Origin: Scenedesmus sp. PABB004
Taxonomy: Eukaryota
DNA: 64,000 nt
Assembly (NCBI GenBank): GCA_014905635.1
Contig: JABVCE010000003.1
Coordinates: 558,001 to 622,000 of the forward strand
Direction of reading: 5' to 3'
Shown here: piece by piece, positions 22,099 to 37,365 of the stretch
Layout: every line of letters starts with the position of its first letter
How positions within the stretch are numbered: the stretch's first letter is position 1
Translations under genes and position numbers: made by a program
The notes under the pieces: generated by a model
Told to the model about the DNA's origin: nothing
Databases searched by the model: none
The model's input: the letters and a program-made list of their open reading frames with translations, nothing else

Positions 22099-22186
22099 AA
22101 AACGCCCTCACTGCCGCCCGCCTCACAATGTCTCGAGCCGCGCGTGGCTCGAGACATAGTGAGGCGGGCGGCAGTGAGTGCGTTTT
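22099..22186. repeat. 88-bp near-perfect palindrome (foldback)
   Basis: AAAACGCcCTCACTGCCGCCCGCCTCACaATGTCTCGAGCC..GGCTCGAGACATaGTGAGGCGGGCGGCAGTGAGtGCGTTTT; about 3 mismatches. Confidence 0.93.
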
Positions 22187-22323
22187 GGGAGGCGCTGGCC
22201 GACTTTGCGGCGACCGCTTACGTGCCCCGCGCTGCCCGTACGCCCCACCTGACGGGCCAGCCCTGTCTGGCTTGGTGCACTCCCCGCGTCGCGGGGAGTG
22301 GCTTGGTTGTTATTCGGCGATGA
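22140..22323 (+). mobile_element. Possible C-terminal fragment of an L1/Tx1-type LINE ORF2
   Basis: Peptide RRAAVSAFWEALADFAATA..GQPCLAW..GLVVIRR* resembles, from recall, the C-termini of green-algal L1-like ORF2 proteins. No RT domain is visible. Confidence 0.4.
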
Positions 22324-23690
22324 GGATGGTGGCATTCTCCCAGCACTCCCGCGCGCGCGGGTTGCGCGCTCGCGGGCACGCGCGACCCGCGGTCACCGGC
22401 TGCCGCCGACACTGAAATACTGCTACTGCCCAGCAGCGAGCGATCGGTCAAGGTGTGTGCGCGGAGACAGCACTGAGTGTGTGCAGGCGACGCTTTTGGG
22501 CGTGAGCGTGGCCACGGGCGGCAGCTGCGCGTGAGTGACTGACTATACCAAAGTGATGGGGTCCGTGTTTGCGCCGTAGGCGCTTGTTCACCCCTGGTAA
22601 CGCCCTTCTTCTTCGCCGCGCTTAACGCCTCCTCGCACCAACCCCGACCTCCCCTGGGGCCGGCGGGCACGCGCGCACGCGCGGGGCGGCCGCCGGCGCC
22701 CCCGCTCGCGCCGCCGCCGCTGCGCGCGCCCCGCGCCCGCCGCGCTCGCGCCAGCAGCTCCCTCCGGTGCGCGTGTGGTGCTGCTGGAGACGCGCCCACA
22801 CCGCTCCGCGCTGCGCCGCTCTGCGCCGGCGGGCCGGCGGGCGGGGGAGGGCCGAGCAGCGCCCGCGCTGCCGGCGGCGGCGGCCCGCCGAGCCGGCGCC
22901 CCGGACGCGTCGTCGCTTCCTCCCTCAGGCCGCACGGTGACCGTGGCCGTGCCATACACGTCGCGCTGGCCCGCAGCGGCGCTCGGGCCACCAAAAGATG
23001 GCAGGAAAACGTGCGGCGCCCGTGCGCCGCCCGGCCGGCCCATCGCCGAGGCGCGGTGAGGCTGCGAGCGGCCGCAAACGGACGTCCCGTGCGCCTTGGA
23101 GCCCGCGCCAGACACGGATCGCCCACACCGCCCGCGCGCGACACGGCGGGTCAGCGCGCGCGGCCGGCGCCACCGCGCCCTGCTGCCGCGCCGCAGGCGC
23201 GGGCGCCCGGCGCTGGCGTGCTTGCGCACGCGGCACGGGCGGGGCTGGCGGCGAGTCAGGCCAGGGCTGGCGCAGGCCGCGGCGCGTTCTGTAACGTTTT
23301 ACCAGCAGTCACCAGCAGTCCGCAGCAGCCGCTGCACGCCCAGCACATGTGCACGCACTCCAACATGTGCACGCACTCTAGACCGACCGACCCCGACCAC
23401 CACCACCGCATGGCCGCTCGCTCGCGCGAGCCTGTGTTGTCAAAATTGAGCTCACTGGCAGCTGGCCAGCCTGCGTTGAGGGCACGCCGTTGGGGGCGGC
23501 GCGCAGCGCCGTGCCGCGCCGTCAACGCTCGCCAAAACTCCCGCGGCGGCACGTACAGAGAGCTGCCTAGAGAGACAGTGCGCTCGCCGGGGCCTGTGCA
23601 GCCATCGTTGCAATTGATTCACGTGCCCCGAGTGTGTCTGCGTTCCTGGCATCCGCCGGGCTGCTCCCCACCCTCCCTCGCTGTCCCTGC

Positions 23691-26069
23691 TCAGTGCTGC
23701 TGCTTCTGCTGCTGCCTGTGCTGCTGCGGCTGCTGCTTGCCGCCCCCCAGCTTGGCCTTTTCGGCGCGCGCCGCCGCGGCGGCGGCCTCGAGGCGGTCCA
23801 GGTCGGCCCACATCGCGACGGCGTCAAAGCCCTCCCACGCCTTGTGCGCCTCGCGCACGGGTCGGTTGGCTCGCAGCACGCACGAGTTGAACTTGAAGCC
23901 TGCCGCGGCGGCGGCGGCACAGCGCGGCGGCGGCGGCACAGCGCGGCGGCGGCGGCGGCGGGGGCGGGGGCGTCGGACGCGAGCCGGCGCGGTCAGACGG
24001 GCGCGCGCGCGCGCCGGCTCAGCGCGGCGGCGCGCGCACCCGAGCCGAACGCCAGCTGCCAGACGCGCTGCCCGCGCGCCACGCCGTCCTGGCTGCTCTC
24101 GATGTAGGCCAGCTCGTACCACACGCTGCGGCGCCGGCGGCGGCGCCGGCGGCGGCGGTTGTCCGTCAACTGGTGCGGCTGCCAGGTGACGCCGCAGACC
24201 CTTACCCCCCTTGTGCCAGCAGCCCGAGCGCGGGCCCCGCCTGGCGCCGCCGGGGCCGCGCCGCCGCCGCTGCGCGCTGCGGCGGCGCGCGCGGCGGCGC
24301 GCACCTGGTGGAGCTGGTGTTGCCGAAGCGGTAGAGGCTCGCGCGGCTCGGCTCGACCTGGGGGCGCGAGAGGCCCATCTCCTTCTCCAGGCCGTCGATG
24401 ATGCCGCGGCCGCCGGTGTGGATGGCGTAGTGGTCAAACGCGCGCTTGAAGTCGGGCGTGTACGGCGCCAGCCACGCGCGCGGCAGCGCGGCGCGCAGCG
24501 CCGGCGCCGACCGCGCGGCGGCGCGCAGCGCGGCGCTGCCGGCGTACGCGGCGAGCTCGCTCCAGGGCAGCACGCGCGGGCCGAGCGCGGTCATGTTGGC
24601 GCGCAGCGCGCGCGCGCCCACGGCGACGAGGTCCTTGTTGAGCCGCACGCCGACCTTGCGCTCCGCGTCCTCCGTCTGCACCACGCAGTTGTACGCCACG
24701 TCGTCGGCCGCCAGGTTGGTGCGCACGACCGCGGCGATGCTGTACTTGGCCCGCACCGCGTCGCGCGGCCGGTTGCTCAGCAGCACGGCGGAGCCGTTGG
24801 AGCGGAAGAGGCACTGCGCACCGCGCGCGCGGCGGCCGGCGGGCGGCAGTCCCCTCTCAGCTGAGCCGGCGGCGCGGCGCGCGCATGCCGGCGGCGCCCG
24901 CGGCTGTCGCCGTCCCCGCTGGCTGTCTGGTCTCACGTTGCAGATGAGCATGCTCTTGTCCTTGCCGCCATAGTAGTTGTTGGTGATGTTTTCGTGGCTC
25001 ACCACGAGCGCGTAGGAGTTGGGGTGCAGCTCGAGCATCTCCTTGGCCAGGTCGAGCGCGATCACGCCTGGCGGCGCGCGCGGGCGGGCGGCGGGGAGCG
25101 GTTTGGCGTGCGCGTGGTGTGCCGCCGCCGCGGCCGCCGGCCCGCGCCGCGGCTGCTGCGCGCCGGCTGAGCGCGCGGCGCACCCGCGCTGCAGCCCATG
25201 CCGCCGAGGGAGAAGTTCTTGGTGCTGGAGGGCATCTTGAAGTGGTTCATGATCGCCGCGCTCAGGCTGGGCGTGGGGTTGAACAGGCTGCTGTTGGTCA
25301 CCACAAAGCCGATCTCCCGCGCCTCCACGCCCGCCTTGGCCAGCAGGTCGGCGATGGCGGTGAAGCAGGTCGTCCCAAACTCAAAGCTGCGGCGCGCGGC
25401 GGGCGGCGGGCGGCGTGCGGGGCGCGGCGGCGGGGCGGTCAGGGGCAGGCAATTGACGCCGCGCCACGCCGCGCGGCAGCGCCGTGGGCCCGGCACGCGC
25501 GGCGCGCGCCCCACCGCGCGGGCTCGATGCCGAGCGCGTCGTCGTGGGCCGCCTGGATGGCGGGGCAGACGGCGGTGTCGTCGCCAAGGCCGGTGCGGAA
25601 GACGATCTTCTCCTGGAACTCAATGTCCTCCTCACTGAACTTGCCCGTCGCCCGGCACAGGTCGCGCAGCGCCGAGCGCGGGAAGCGCCAGCTGTGGTTT
25701 TGAGGGGCACGTGAGCGTGAGGCGCGCGCACGTGCAGGGGAGTGCCCGTCGCGGGCCGTCAGGCCAGGCTGCGCAGCGCGCGCGCCGCGCGTGGCTGCCG
25801 CCGGCGTGCGCGCACCTCGCGTGGGGGCGGTGGACCTCGAAGTCGACCACGTACACGGTGGGCTTGCGCGGCAGCACCGCGCCCAGCAGCGCGAGCCCCG
25901 CCGCGAGCGCGAGCACGACGAGCGCGGCGACCGGGGCGTGTGGCGCCGCCCACGCCGGCAGGGCAGCGCCCAGCGGCACCTCGCAGCGTGCTGCGCCCAG
26001 CGCGACGGCTGCCAGGACCACCGCCGGCGCCAGGCGGGTGGCCTGCGCGAGCATGGCGAGCGCGTCCAT
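23691..26069 (-). CDS. KCS: 3-ketoacyl-CoA synthase (FAE1/KCS very-long-chain fatty acid elongase); start may lie up to ~26300
   Basis: VYVVDF, FQEKIVFRTGLGDDT, NSSLFNPTPSLSA, NFSLGGMGCSAG (catalytic Cys), VVSHENIT, CLFRSNG, IHTGGRGIID, RFGNTSS, VWQLAFGSGFKFNS. Confidence 0.93.
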
Positions 26070-26618
26070 GCTGCAGAGCTGGCCGCGCAGATGGCGCGTG
26101 TCGAGCCTCCGCAGCGCGCGGCGAGCCGCGTGAAGCACGAGGTCGCAACGACGCTCCGAATGCGGCTGCAGGCTCGTCACGCGCGTCGAGCTGGCGCGCG
26201 GCCGAGACCGGCTGGCGGGAGCAGCCTCAGCGCGCGCGCTCGCGGCGCGGCGGGGTCACGGGCGGGTCTTGATGGGCTCTTCGTCGCACCAGCGACGCAT
26301 GGAGCGCTGCGCAGCCCGTAACGCTCTCTGTGCAGGCCGCGGCGGCAGCGGCGGCACCTGCAACTGCTGGCCGTCATGTGCCAGCCCTGGCTGCTCGCTC
26401 ACCAAGCCAGTCGCGCACGGGCGGATGCGGCGCGCACGTTGCCCCTACGCCACACACGACCGCCCGTGCTGCTCCGCCGCGGCGCGGCCGCACGCGCCTG
26501 TCGGCAGCGGCGCAGACTGAAATCGCCGCAGCGCAGCACGCAGCCGCAGCCCTCCTGCGCGTGGCCGACCGCCCTAGGTGCCTGAAACAATCCCGCGCCA
26601 CCCCAGCTCATGTCATGC

Positions 26619-29617
<2,999 letters not shown>

Positions 29618-29737
29618 TGCGTGGTGTGGTGGCTGGGCTGGCGCGCCTGCAGCTGCTGCTGCTGCTGCTGCTGCCAAAGGCGGGGGGCCACGTCGCGGCC
29701 TTCGGACTGGTACGGCGGACGAAGGCGACCGCGCTCA

Positions 29738-30004
29738 TGCCGGCCGGCGCCCCAAGCGCGCCGTCAGGGCCGCGCGTGGGTGAGACTGTGTCACACGCTG
29801 CTGGGCGCGACCGGCGGGGTGCCCGCGCGCGCGAGCCAGGCTCCCGGCGCCGCGCGGCCCGCCACTCGCTCACGACACGCGCCAACACGCCGCCACGCAC
29901 GCCACGAGCCCAGCCCGCACGCCGCGCACGCCCGAGCTGTCGGCGACAGCTCCCGCCCGCGAGCGGCAACCGCGCCGCGTCCAGCCCCGGCGCCCAGAGC
30001 GCCA
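29738..30004 (+). repeat. ~260-bp direct repeat, copy A
   Basis: Near-identical to 32141-32398, with only small indels or substitutions near the ends. Confidence 0.92.
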
Positions 30005-30441
30005 CTCGCCAATAGCACACGCCGCTCGCAGGTGCGCGCCCCGGGAGTGCGCCAGCGCGCAGGCCGGGACCCAAAAGGGCGCGCCCTCTCCCAGCAGCGC
30101 AGCGCGCGCCGCAGCCACGGGACGGCGGGCAGCGGGGCCATGGTGGCGATCTGGGCGATCGCCCCCGCGGGGCAGCGGGGCTGCGCGGGCAGGCATTTGA
30201 TGCGTGGGCGCCCGGCGCCGTCGAGCTCCTGGCACGGCCGCTCCGCAGCGTGCCGGGCCGCGCCGGCCCGCCGACGGGGTGTCCGACACCGAGGGGCAGC
30301 TCTTGGCCAGGCCGCCGGGCGCGTCCGCTGCCCGCCGGCTGTTCTCGCGGCTTGCGCATGCGCCCGCTGACCGGCACCGCCTCGCCGCGCGCCCGCAGAC
30401 GCATCTCCATACTGTCGTGAGACCCGCCCCGCCACCGCATA

Positions 30442-31386
30442 ATGGCCCTGTCCCTGGCCTCCTCCGCTGCCGTGGCCGCGGCGCTCGCGGCGCCTGGCGG
30501 CGGCCTGCTCGCGGCGGCGCTTCCGGCCGCGCTCCACGCGCGCGCCGCGCTCGTCGCCGTCCGCGGCGCCAGCTACACCGCCGCCGCGTCGGCGCCGCCG
30601 GCCTGCCCCGCGGCCAAGGCGGAGGACGACGACGGCGCCAGCAAGCCCGCGCTCCGCGGCGGCTGCGGCCTCTCGCACGGCTGGGCGGTCTCGCCCGCGC
30701 TGCGCGAGCTCAGCCGCACCGCGGGCGGCTTCGAGGGCGAGCGGCGCTGGCCGCTCGGCGGCCCCGGGGCCGGGGCCAGCCTGTTTGAGGCGGCGTTTGG
30801 CCGCGTCGAGCCGGGCCCCGCGGCGCTGCTGCACCGCCAGTACAGCGTGCTCGCCAAGCTCGGGCCGGACCCGGAGCACCGCGGCGAGCCGGCGCCCGCC
30901 GCGGCGCCCGCGCCCGCGCTCGGCGCCGTCGCGGCCTGGGTCGCGCGGGCCCAGCCGCGCGCCAAGGGCTTCAGCCGGAAGCTCGCGCTGCGGCAGCTCA
31001 ACCGCCGCGTCGTGGCGCGCGTGGCGCGGCGGTTCACCATCGGCATCCCCGTGCTGGGCGCGTTCTTTGTGGCGCGGCTCATCGCCAAGGACGCGGCGCG
31101 CGTGCGCGCGGAGCTCGCGGCCCGGGGCGACTGGCTCGTCGCTGGGCTCTTTGGCGCCGCGCTCGCGGCCGACGTGCTCGACCTCGCGGCGCAGGCCACC
31201 GTCGTGGCGGGCCTCGGCCACGCCAACCTGGGGGTGGGGCTCGCGGGGGCCGCGGCGATGCTGATCGCCGCCGACAAGGCCTCGCTCGCGACCGCCGCGC
31301 TCTCGTTCTCGTGCGGCCTCGGCGGCGAGCTGCTCGCGCTGCGGCGCGACGCCGCGCCCGAGGCCGCCGGCGCCAAGGCCGAGTGA
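30442..31386 (+). CDS. Apparently intronless hypothetical membrane protein (314 aa)
   Basis: Single ATG-TGA ORF with coding-like codon use and hydrophobic C-terminal segments (FTIGIPVLGAFFVARLI, LVAGLFGAALAADVLDLAAQATVV). No family recognised. Confidence 0.7.
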   Translation: MALSLASSAAVAAALAAPGGGLLAAALPAALHARAALVAVRGASYTAAASAPPACPAAKAEDDDGASKPALRGGCGLSHGWAVSPALRELSRTAGGFEGERRWPLGGPGAGASLFEAAFGRVEPGPAALLHRQYSVLAKLGPDPEHRGEPAPAAAPAPALGAVAAWVARAQPRAKGFSRKLALRQLNRRVVARVARRFTIGIPVLGAFFVARLIAKDAARVRAELAARGDWLVAGLFGAALAADVLDLAAQATVVAGLGHANLGVGLAGAAAMLIAADKASLATAALSFSCGLGGELLALRRDAAPEAAGAKAE

Positions 31387-32140
31387 GCGCCCGCGCGCGG
31401 GGGGCGGCCGCTCGGCGCGGCTGCACCGCACGGGCGCGCGCGCGTACGCCGCGCGCACGCCGGGGGCGCCGACCGGACCCGCAGTTGTTGCTTGGGCGCG
31501 CGCACGGTCGTGCGCCGCAGCCCCGGACTTCCCTCCTCTCTCTGCGCGCACTGCGATGCTCACGCGCGCGCGACGGCCTGTTTTGATGCGTGCGGATGAT
31601 GATGCGTGCGTCGGCGGCAGCGTTCTTCTTTGTCGTGTCGGGGCGGGGAGCCCCACCCAACGCGCGGCTCGGCGCCCGCGGCGCCACGCGCCCGCGCGGG
31701 CGGTCAACCCTCGTTGCCGCTCCGTGCATGCGCGCGCGCGCCGCGATGCAGCGCATTGCTGCGGGTCACAGCACTGCGCTCGGAACTCACAACCCCCTCT
31801 CTATCGCAGCCGCACATCAAGTTCTCGGCACTGCCTCCGCTTTTGTCTCTGAACCCTCCTCGCACCAACTGCCACGGCAGCAGCGCCGCCCCCAGGCCAC
31901 TGGCATTCCAGCCGGCCGGGGCGGCGCGGGCGCGGGCTGCTGAGATGCAGCCCGCGTCCCCTCTCATTTGCCACACCGCGTCACGGCGCGCGGTGCAGCG
32001 ACCACGGGTCGCACGGCACGCAGAAGCATCACCGGGTGAAGGCTGGAGACCGTTTGATCCTGGCTCCGCAGGTTTTCTTCTCTTGTGCTGCGCGACGGCG
32101 TCTTGACCGGCCGGCTGCAGGTTCTTTTTTGAGTCGAGTT

Positions 32141-32398
32141 TGCCGGCGCCCCAGCGCGCCGTCGGGCCGCGCGTGGGTGAGACTGTGTCACACGCTGCTG
32201 GGCCGCGACCGGCGGGGTGCCCGCGCGCGCGAGCCAGGCTCCCGGCGCCGCGCGGCCCGCCACTCGCTCACGACACGCGCCAACACGCCGCCACGCACGC
32301 CACGAGCCCAGCCCGCACGCCGCGCACGCCCGAGCTGTCGGCGACAGCTCCCGCCCGCGAGCGGCAACCGCGCCGCGCCCAGCCCCGGCAGAGCGCCA
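32141..32398 (+). repeat. ~260-bp direct repeat, copy B
   Basis: Near-identical to 29738-30004. Confidence 0.92.
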
Positions 32399-32671
32399 TG
32401 CTCCGCGCGGCGCCAGTGCGCCCTCAACCCTGGCCGGCCTCGCGGGTGGCCGGGCTGGGGCCGAGCGGCGGCGGCACTCTCACACCGAGCCTTGCGCGAG
32501 TGCCACCCCACACACTCGACCTCCGCCGCCGCCGCAGCGGGGAGCAGGAGCAGCAGCAGCAGCCGGAGCCGGCGCCGCCGCCGCCGCCGCCGCGCGCTCG
32601 CCCGCCGGCGCTGCCCCGGGCGCCCGGCTCCGCGGCGTGCGCGAGGCCGGCCGGCCCGGGGCGGCCCCGCC

Positions 32672-35600
32672 ATGGACGTCGCGGCCGTGGTGGCGCGCTT
32701 CCACCGCATCCTGCTGTCGTGGGACTACTTTGAGCTCTGCGACCGCGCGGAGCAGGGCAAGGGCGTCTACGACACGCTGCGCCGCGTGCCCAACACCTTC
32801 AGCAGCATCCAGGTGCAGGGCACGCGCACGCGCGGGCGCCGCCGCCGCTGCCGGCGCTTTGCGACCGCTGCCGCGGCGGCCGGCGCTCACCCCCGCGGCC
32901 GCCGGGCGGCGCAGGAGTACAAGGAGGTCTTTGAGCCGCTGCTGCTGGAGGAGGCGGGCGCGCAGGTGCTGCGGGGCATCGAGGAGGGCGTGGTGCTCGA
33001 GCCGCACGAGAGCGTCGTCGCGGCGTGCACCCAGGTCGGCGCGCAGCGGCGCGCGCGCAATCCGCACGCGAGCGCCTGCAGCGCGGGCGCGCCGCGCGCG
33101 CGGGGGTGGGGGGTGCTCAGGCCCAGCAGGCGCGCTGGCCGGCCGGTGCCGACCGCGCCCGACCGCCGCCGCGACACGCCGCGCCCCGCGCCCGCGCGCG
33201 CGCAGGCCTCCGACTTTCACGTCGCGCGCATCAGCGTCGCGCCCGAGGTCGCGCGGTCGCTCGTGGACAACGACCTGCTGCTGCTCTCCAAGGACCACCC
33301 GAGCGCGCCCGACTGCCGCCCCGCGCTCGCGGCCCTGGGGTTCATGGAGGGCCACGAGGGCGCGCAGAGCCTGCGCGTCAAGTTCTACCTCACGGATGAC
33401 AGCCAGGCGGGGCGGCGCGACCAGCTCGCGCGGTGCGCGCGCGGCGGGGCAGCGCCGCGGCGGCGGCGCGCGGCAGCGCACGCGGCGCGGCGGCGGCGCG
33501 CGGGGCAGGCGGCGCGCGCGGCGGCGCTGACGCGCGGGGCGCCCGCCGCGCCGGGTTGCCGCAGCGTCAAGGCGATGCGCGCGGGCATCGAGTCGCGCGA
33601 CAGCTGCTGGTGGCTGCTGCGCCTGTTCAACATGGCGACCATCACGCGCGAGTGGGTCGCGCTGCAGCACGCGCACCTCATGCCCTTCCGGGACACACTG
33701 CTGCACGGCCAGCCGATGCGGCGGCCGAGCATCAAGGCCATGGACATACCGCCCGGCATGCGCGAGGTGGTGGAGCAGGAGTGCAACGCCTCGCAGGCGC
33801 GCGCGCGGGAGCGCGCGCGGCCGCCGCCGCGCGCAGCGCACAGCGCACCGCACGCGCTCCGCGGCGCGCACGCCCGCCGCCAACGCTCGCGCCGCGCGCC
33901 GCGCGCCGCAGATGGCGGCGCTGCGCTCGGGGCTGGACGGCACGCCGCTCGTGCTGATCCAGGGCCCCCGGGCACCGGCAAGACGCGCACGATCCTCAAC
34001 CTGCTGTCCGTGGTCATGCACAGCGCGGCCAAGGGCAGCCTGGAGCTGGTGCCGCGCGCCGCGCCGGCGCGCGGCGCGGCAGCGGCGGCCGCGCCGTCCG
34101 CGGGGTCGTCGCCCGCGGCGGCCGCCGCGGCGGAGCGGCAGCGCGTGTGGCGGCTGCAGAGCCCCTGGATGTTTGGCGACGCCACGCCGCGCGAGCTGGT
34201 CGGGCCGACGAGCGAGACGGGTGCGCCAGCGCGCACGCGCGCGGCCGCCCCGCCCCGCCCGCCCGGCAGCGCGGCCAGTCGCCGCCGCGCCCGGGGCGCG
34301 CGGGCCTGCGTGCCTGCCGACTCGACCGGCCGCCCGGCCGCGCACACAGGCATGCCCACGCCGTCGGCCGACTGCTTCGGCCTGCTCGCCCGCGCCGCGC
34401 CCGTGGGCGTGGGCAAGGCGTCGGGCGCGCGCGCGCGCGTGCTCGTGTGCGCGCCGAGCAACGCCGCGCTGGACGAGGTGGTGCTGCGCATCCTGCAGCA
34501 CGGCCTGCTCGACGGCCGGGGGGAGCGGTACGAGCCCCGCCTGGTGCGCATCGGCGTCAACGTGCACCACAGCGTGCGCCACGTCAGCCTGGAGGCCCAG
34601 GTCGACGCGCGGCTCGGGCTGCCGCCCGGCGAGCGGGTGCGGCGGCGGCCCGCGGCGGGGCGCGCCGGCGGCAGCGGCGCGGGGCGCCTCACGCGCCGCT
34701 CCACCGCAGGGCGGGTCGGGGCTGCAGCGCGAGCGCGCCAAGGTGGCCATCCTGCAGGAGGCGGTCATCGTGGCCAGCACGCTCTCCTTTGCGGGTGCGG
34801 CGCGGCGGCCGGCCGCCGGCCCAGCGCGGCTGTGCTCGCCTGCGCGCCCACGCCCTTCGCCCTCCCCCTCGCGCGCGCACCCTCCCTCCCCCGCCGCGCC
34901 GCCGCCGCCGGCGGGTGGCGCGGCCAGGCTCTGCGCTGTTCCACCGCCTGTCGGTGCCGTTTGACGTCGTCATCGTCGACGAGGCGGCGCAGGCGGTCGA
35001 GCCGAGCGTCATGGTCCCGCTCGTCATGGGCTGCAAGCAGGCGCGGCGCGGCGCGGCGCCGGGCCAGGAGGCCCGCGGCGGCGCCCGCGCCCGCGGTGTG
35101 GCCGTCGCACCGGCGCGCTCCCCCTGTCCGCCCCGCCCTTGACGGGATCACCACCTCCACCCCCCCCCCCCCCCCCCCCCACACACACGCACCAGGTGTA
35201 CCTCGTCGGCGACCCGGTGCAGCTCCCCGCGACCGTGATCAGCGCGACCGCGCTGGAGCAGGGCTACGACGTCTCCCTCTTCAAGCGCCTCCAGGCGCGC
35301 CGCCACCCGCCCGCCCGCCACCCGCCCGCGCGCACGCCGCCCACGCCCGCGCGCGCGCGCCCCCGTGCGCTCTGCCCGCCCCACCACGCACGCCGGCGGC
35401 CGCACCCGCGCCCACACGCTCACGCCCGCCCGCCGCCCCACGCACGCACCCGCGCGCCGCGTCCGCGCCCGGCAGGCGGGCGGCTACCCGGTCAACGTGC
35501 TGGACACGCAGTACCGCATGCACCCCGCCATCAGCGCCTTCCCCAGCGCAGAGTTCTACGGCGGCCGCCTCACCGACGGCGAGGTGAGCGCGGCGGCGCG

Positions 35601-37365
35601 GCGCGCGGCGCGCGGGGGCGGGCGTGGGAGGGGGGGCGTGCGGGCGGGAGGGGGCGAGGCGCTGCGGGGCGCCACGGCCGCGCCCCGCTGCTGGCCGTGC
35701 CACCCTCGTCGCTCGCTTGCGCGTCGCCCGCGCCGTCCGCCAGGGCGTGCTGGCGCAGACGTCGCGGCCGTGGCACAGCCTGCGCTGCTTCGGGCCGTTT
35801 GCGCTGTACGACCTGCACGGCAAGGAGGACGTGCCCGAGGGCAGCGCGAGCATGCTCAACCGGTGCGGCCGCGCGGGGCTGGGCGGGGCTCGGCGGGGTG
35901 CGCGGGCCCGGCCGCCGCCGCCGCCGCCGCGCGCGCGCCCCATGCGGCCCGCCGCCGCCGCCGCGCGCGCGCCCCATGCGGCCCGCCGCCGCCGCCGCGC
36001 AGGCTTGAGGCGCAGTTTGTGGTGCTGCTGTACCGGGCCATGGCCGCACACGTGGAGGAGGTGCGGGACGGACGCACGAGCGTGGCGGTCATCTCACCCT
36101 ACAAGGCCCAGGCGCGGCGCGGGGCGGCGCAGTCAGCTGCGCGGCGCAGTCTGCTGCGCGTAGCTGCAGCGCGGCCCGCCCGCTCCGCGCAGCTGCAGCG
36201 CGGGCGGCCCGCCGGCGCCGCCGGCGCGCGCGTTGGCTGAGTCGCGCCGACGCGCCGCGCGCCGCGTGCCGCACGGGGCCGCGCCGCCGCAGGTGGCGCT
36301 GCTGCGCGACCTGTTTGAGTCGGCGCTGGGCGCCGAGGGCGCGCAGCGCGTTGACATAAACACCATCGACGGCTTCCAGGCGCGCCCCGGCGCCCCGCGC
36401 GCGGCGGCCCGCATGCCGGCAGGGGTGGCAGGGGCGCCACGCAGGCGGCCCTCCCCCGTCCGCTCACCCGCGAGCTCTGACGCGCCGCGCGCGCCGCCGC
36501 CGCCCGCCGGCCCGCGCTGCCCGCGCGCCCTGAACCCTGCCAGGGGCGGGAGAAGGACGTGGTGATCTTCAGCTGCGTGCGCACCGCGGGCGTGCGGGCG
36601 CGGTCGATCGGGTTTGTCGCCGACGAGCGGCGCATCAACGTCGGCATCACGCGCGCGCGCTGCGCCCTGCTCATCATCGGTGCGCGCGCCGCGCGGCGGC
36701 GGCGGCGCCGCGCTGCCCCCGGCGGCGGCGGCGTGCGAGAGCGCGCCCGAGGGCGCGGTGCCCGCGCCCGCAGGCCACGCCGCGAGCCTCGCCGTCGACG
36801 AGCGCTGGAAGAGCCTCGTGCGCTCCGCGGTGGAGCGGGACTGCGTGTACCAGCCGACCAAGCCCTATGCAGCCTACCTGGACCAGGTGCGCGCGCCTGC
36901 GGGCCGCAGCAGGCGCGCGGGGCGCGGCCGCCCGCCTCGCGCCGGCCGGCCACGCGCGCGCGCGGCGCCGCCCGGTCGGGCCCACCGCCCGCCGCCCTGC
37001 GCCGCGCGCAGCTCGCGTCGGGCGGCGCCGGCGCCGCCGCGGTGGGCGCCAAGCTGCGGTCCAAGCTCGGCATGCCGCGCCTGCCCACCGCCGACGGCGG
37101 CGGCGCGGACGAGTGGGTCGCGGCCGGCGCGGGCGCGCGCGCCGACCTGGGCGCCGAGCTCTACGACGTCGAGGCCGCGGCCGCTGAGGACGCGGCCGAC
37201 GCCGCCGCGGCGGCGGCGGCCGCGGCGGCGGCGGTGGCGTCCGAGGGCGGCGCCCGCGGCGGGCGGGGCGGCAAGGCCAAGGCGGAGCGGGGCGGCGCGG
37301 GCGCGGGCGGCGCGGCGGCCGCGCCCGCGCCGGCGCCGGCGAGCAAGCGGACCCGCAAGAAGTGA
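32672..37365 (+). CDS. SF1B Upf1-like RNA/DNA helicase, SEN1/MAGATAMA3-like; ~15 exons, one apparent 1-nt frameshift
   Basis: ILLSWDY, YKEVFEPLLLEE, LIQGP(P)GTGKT, VLVCAPSNAALDE, FDVVIVDEAAQAVE, LVGDPVQLPATV, SLFKRLQ, LDTQYRMHP, ISPYKAQV, INTIDGFQGREKD, RRINVGITRAR. Confidence 0.9.

Noticed and set aside
21994..22323. tRNA plus LINE-like tail as a tRNA-derived SINE
   Set aside because: The tRNA is a perfect cloverleaf with its own upstream TATA-like box and T5 terminator, so it looks like a real gene with an adjacent insertion.
29738..32398. Canonical LTR retrotransposon or TRIM
   Set aside because: No matching TSD, primer-binding site, polypurine tract or gag/pol sequence; kept only as an unexplained direct-repeat structure.
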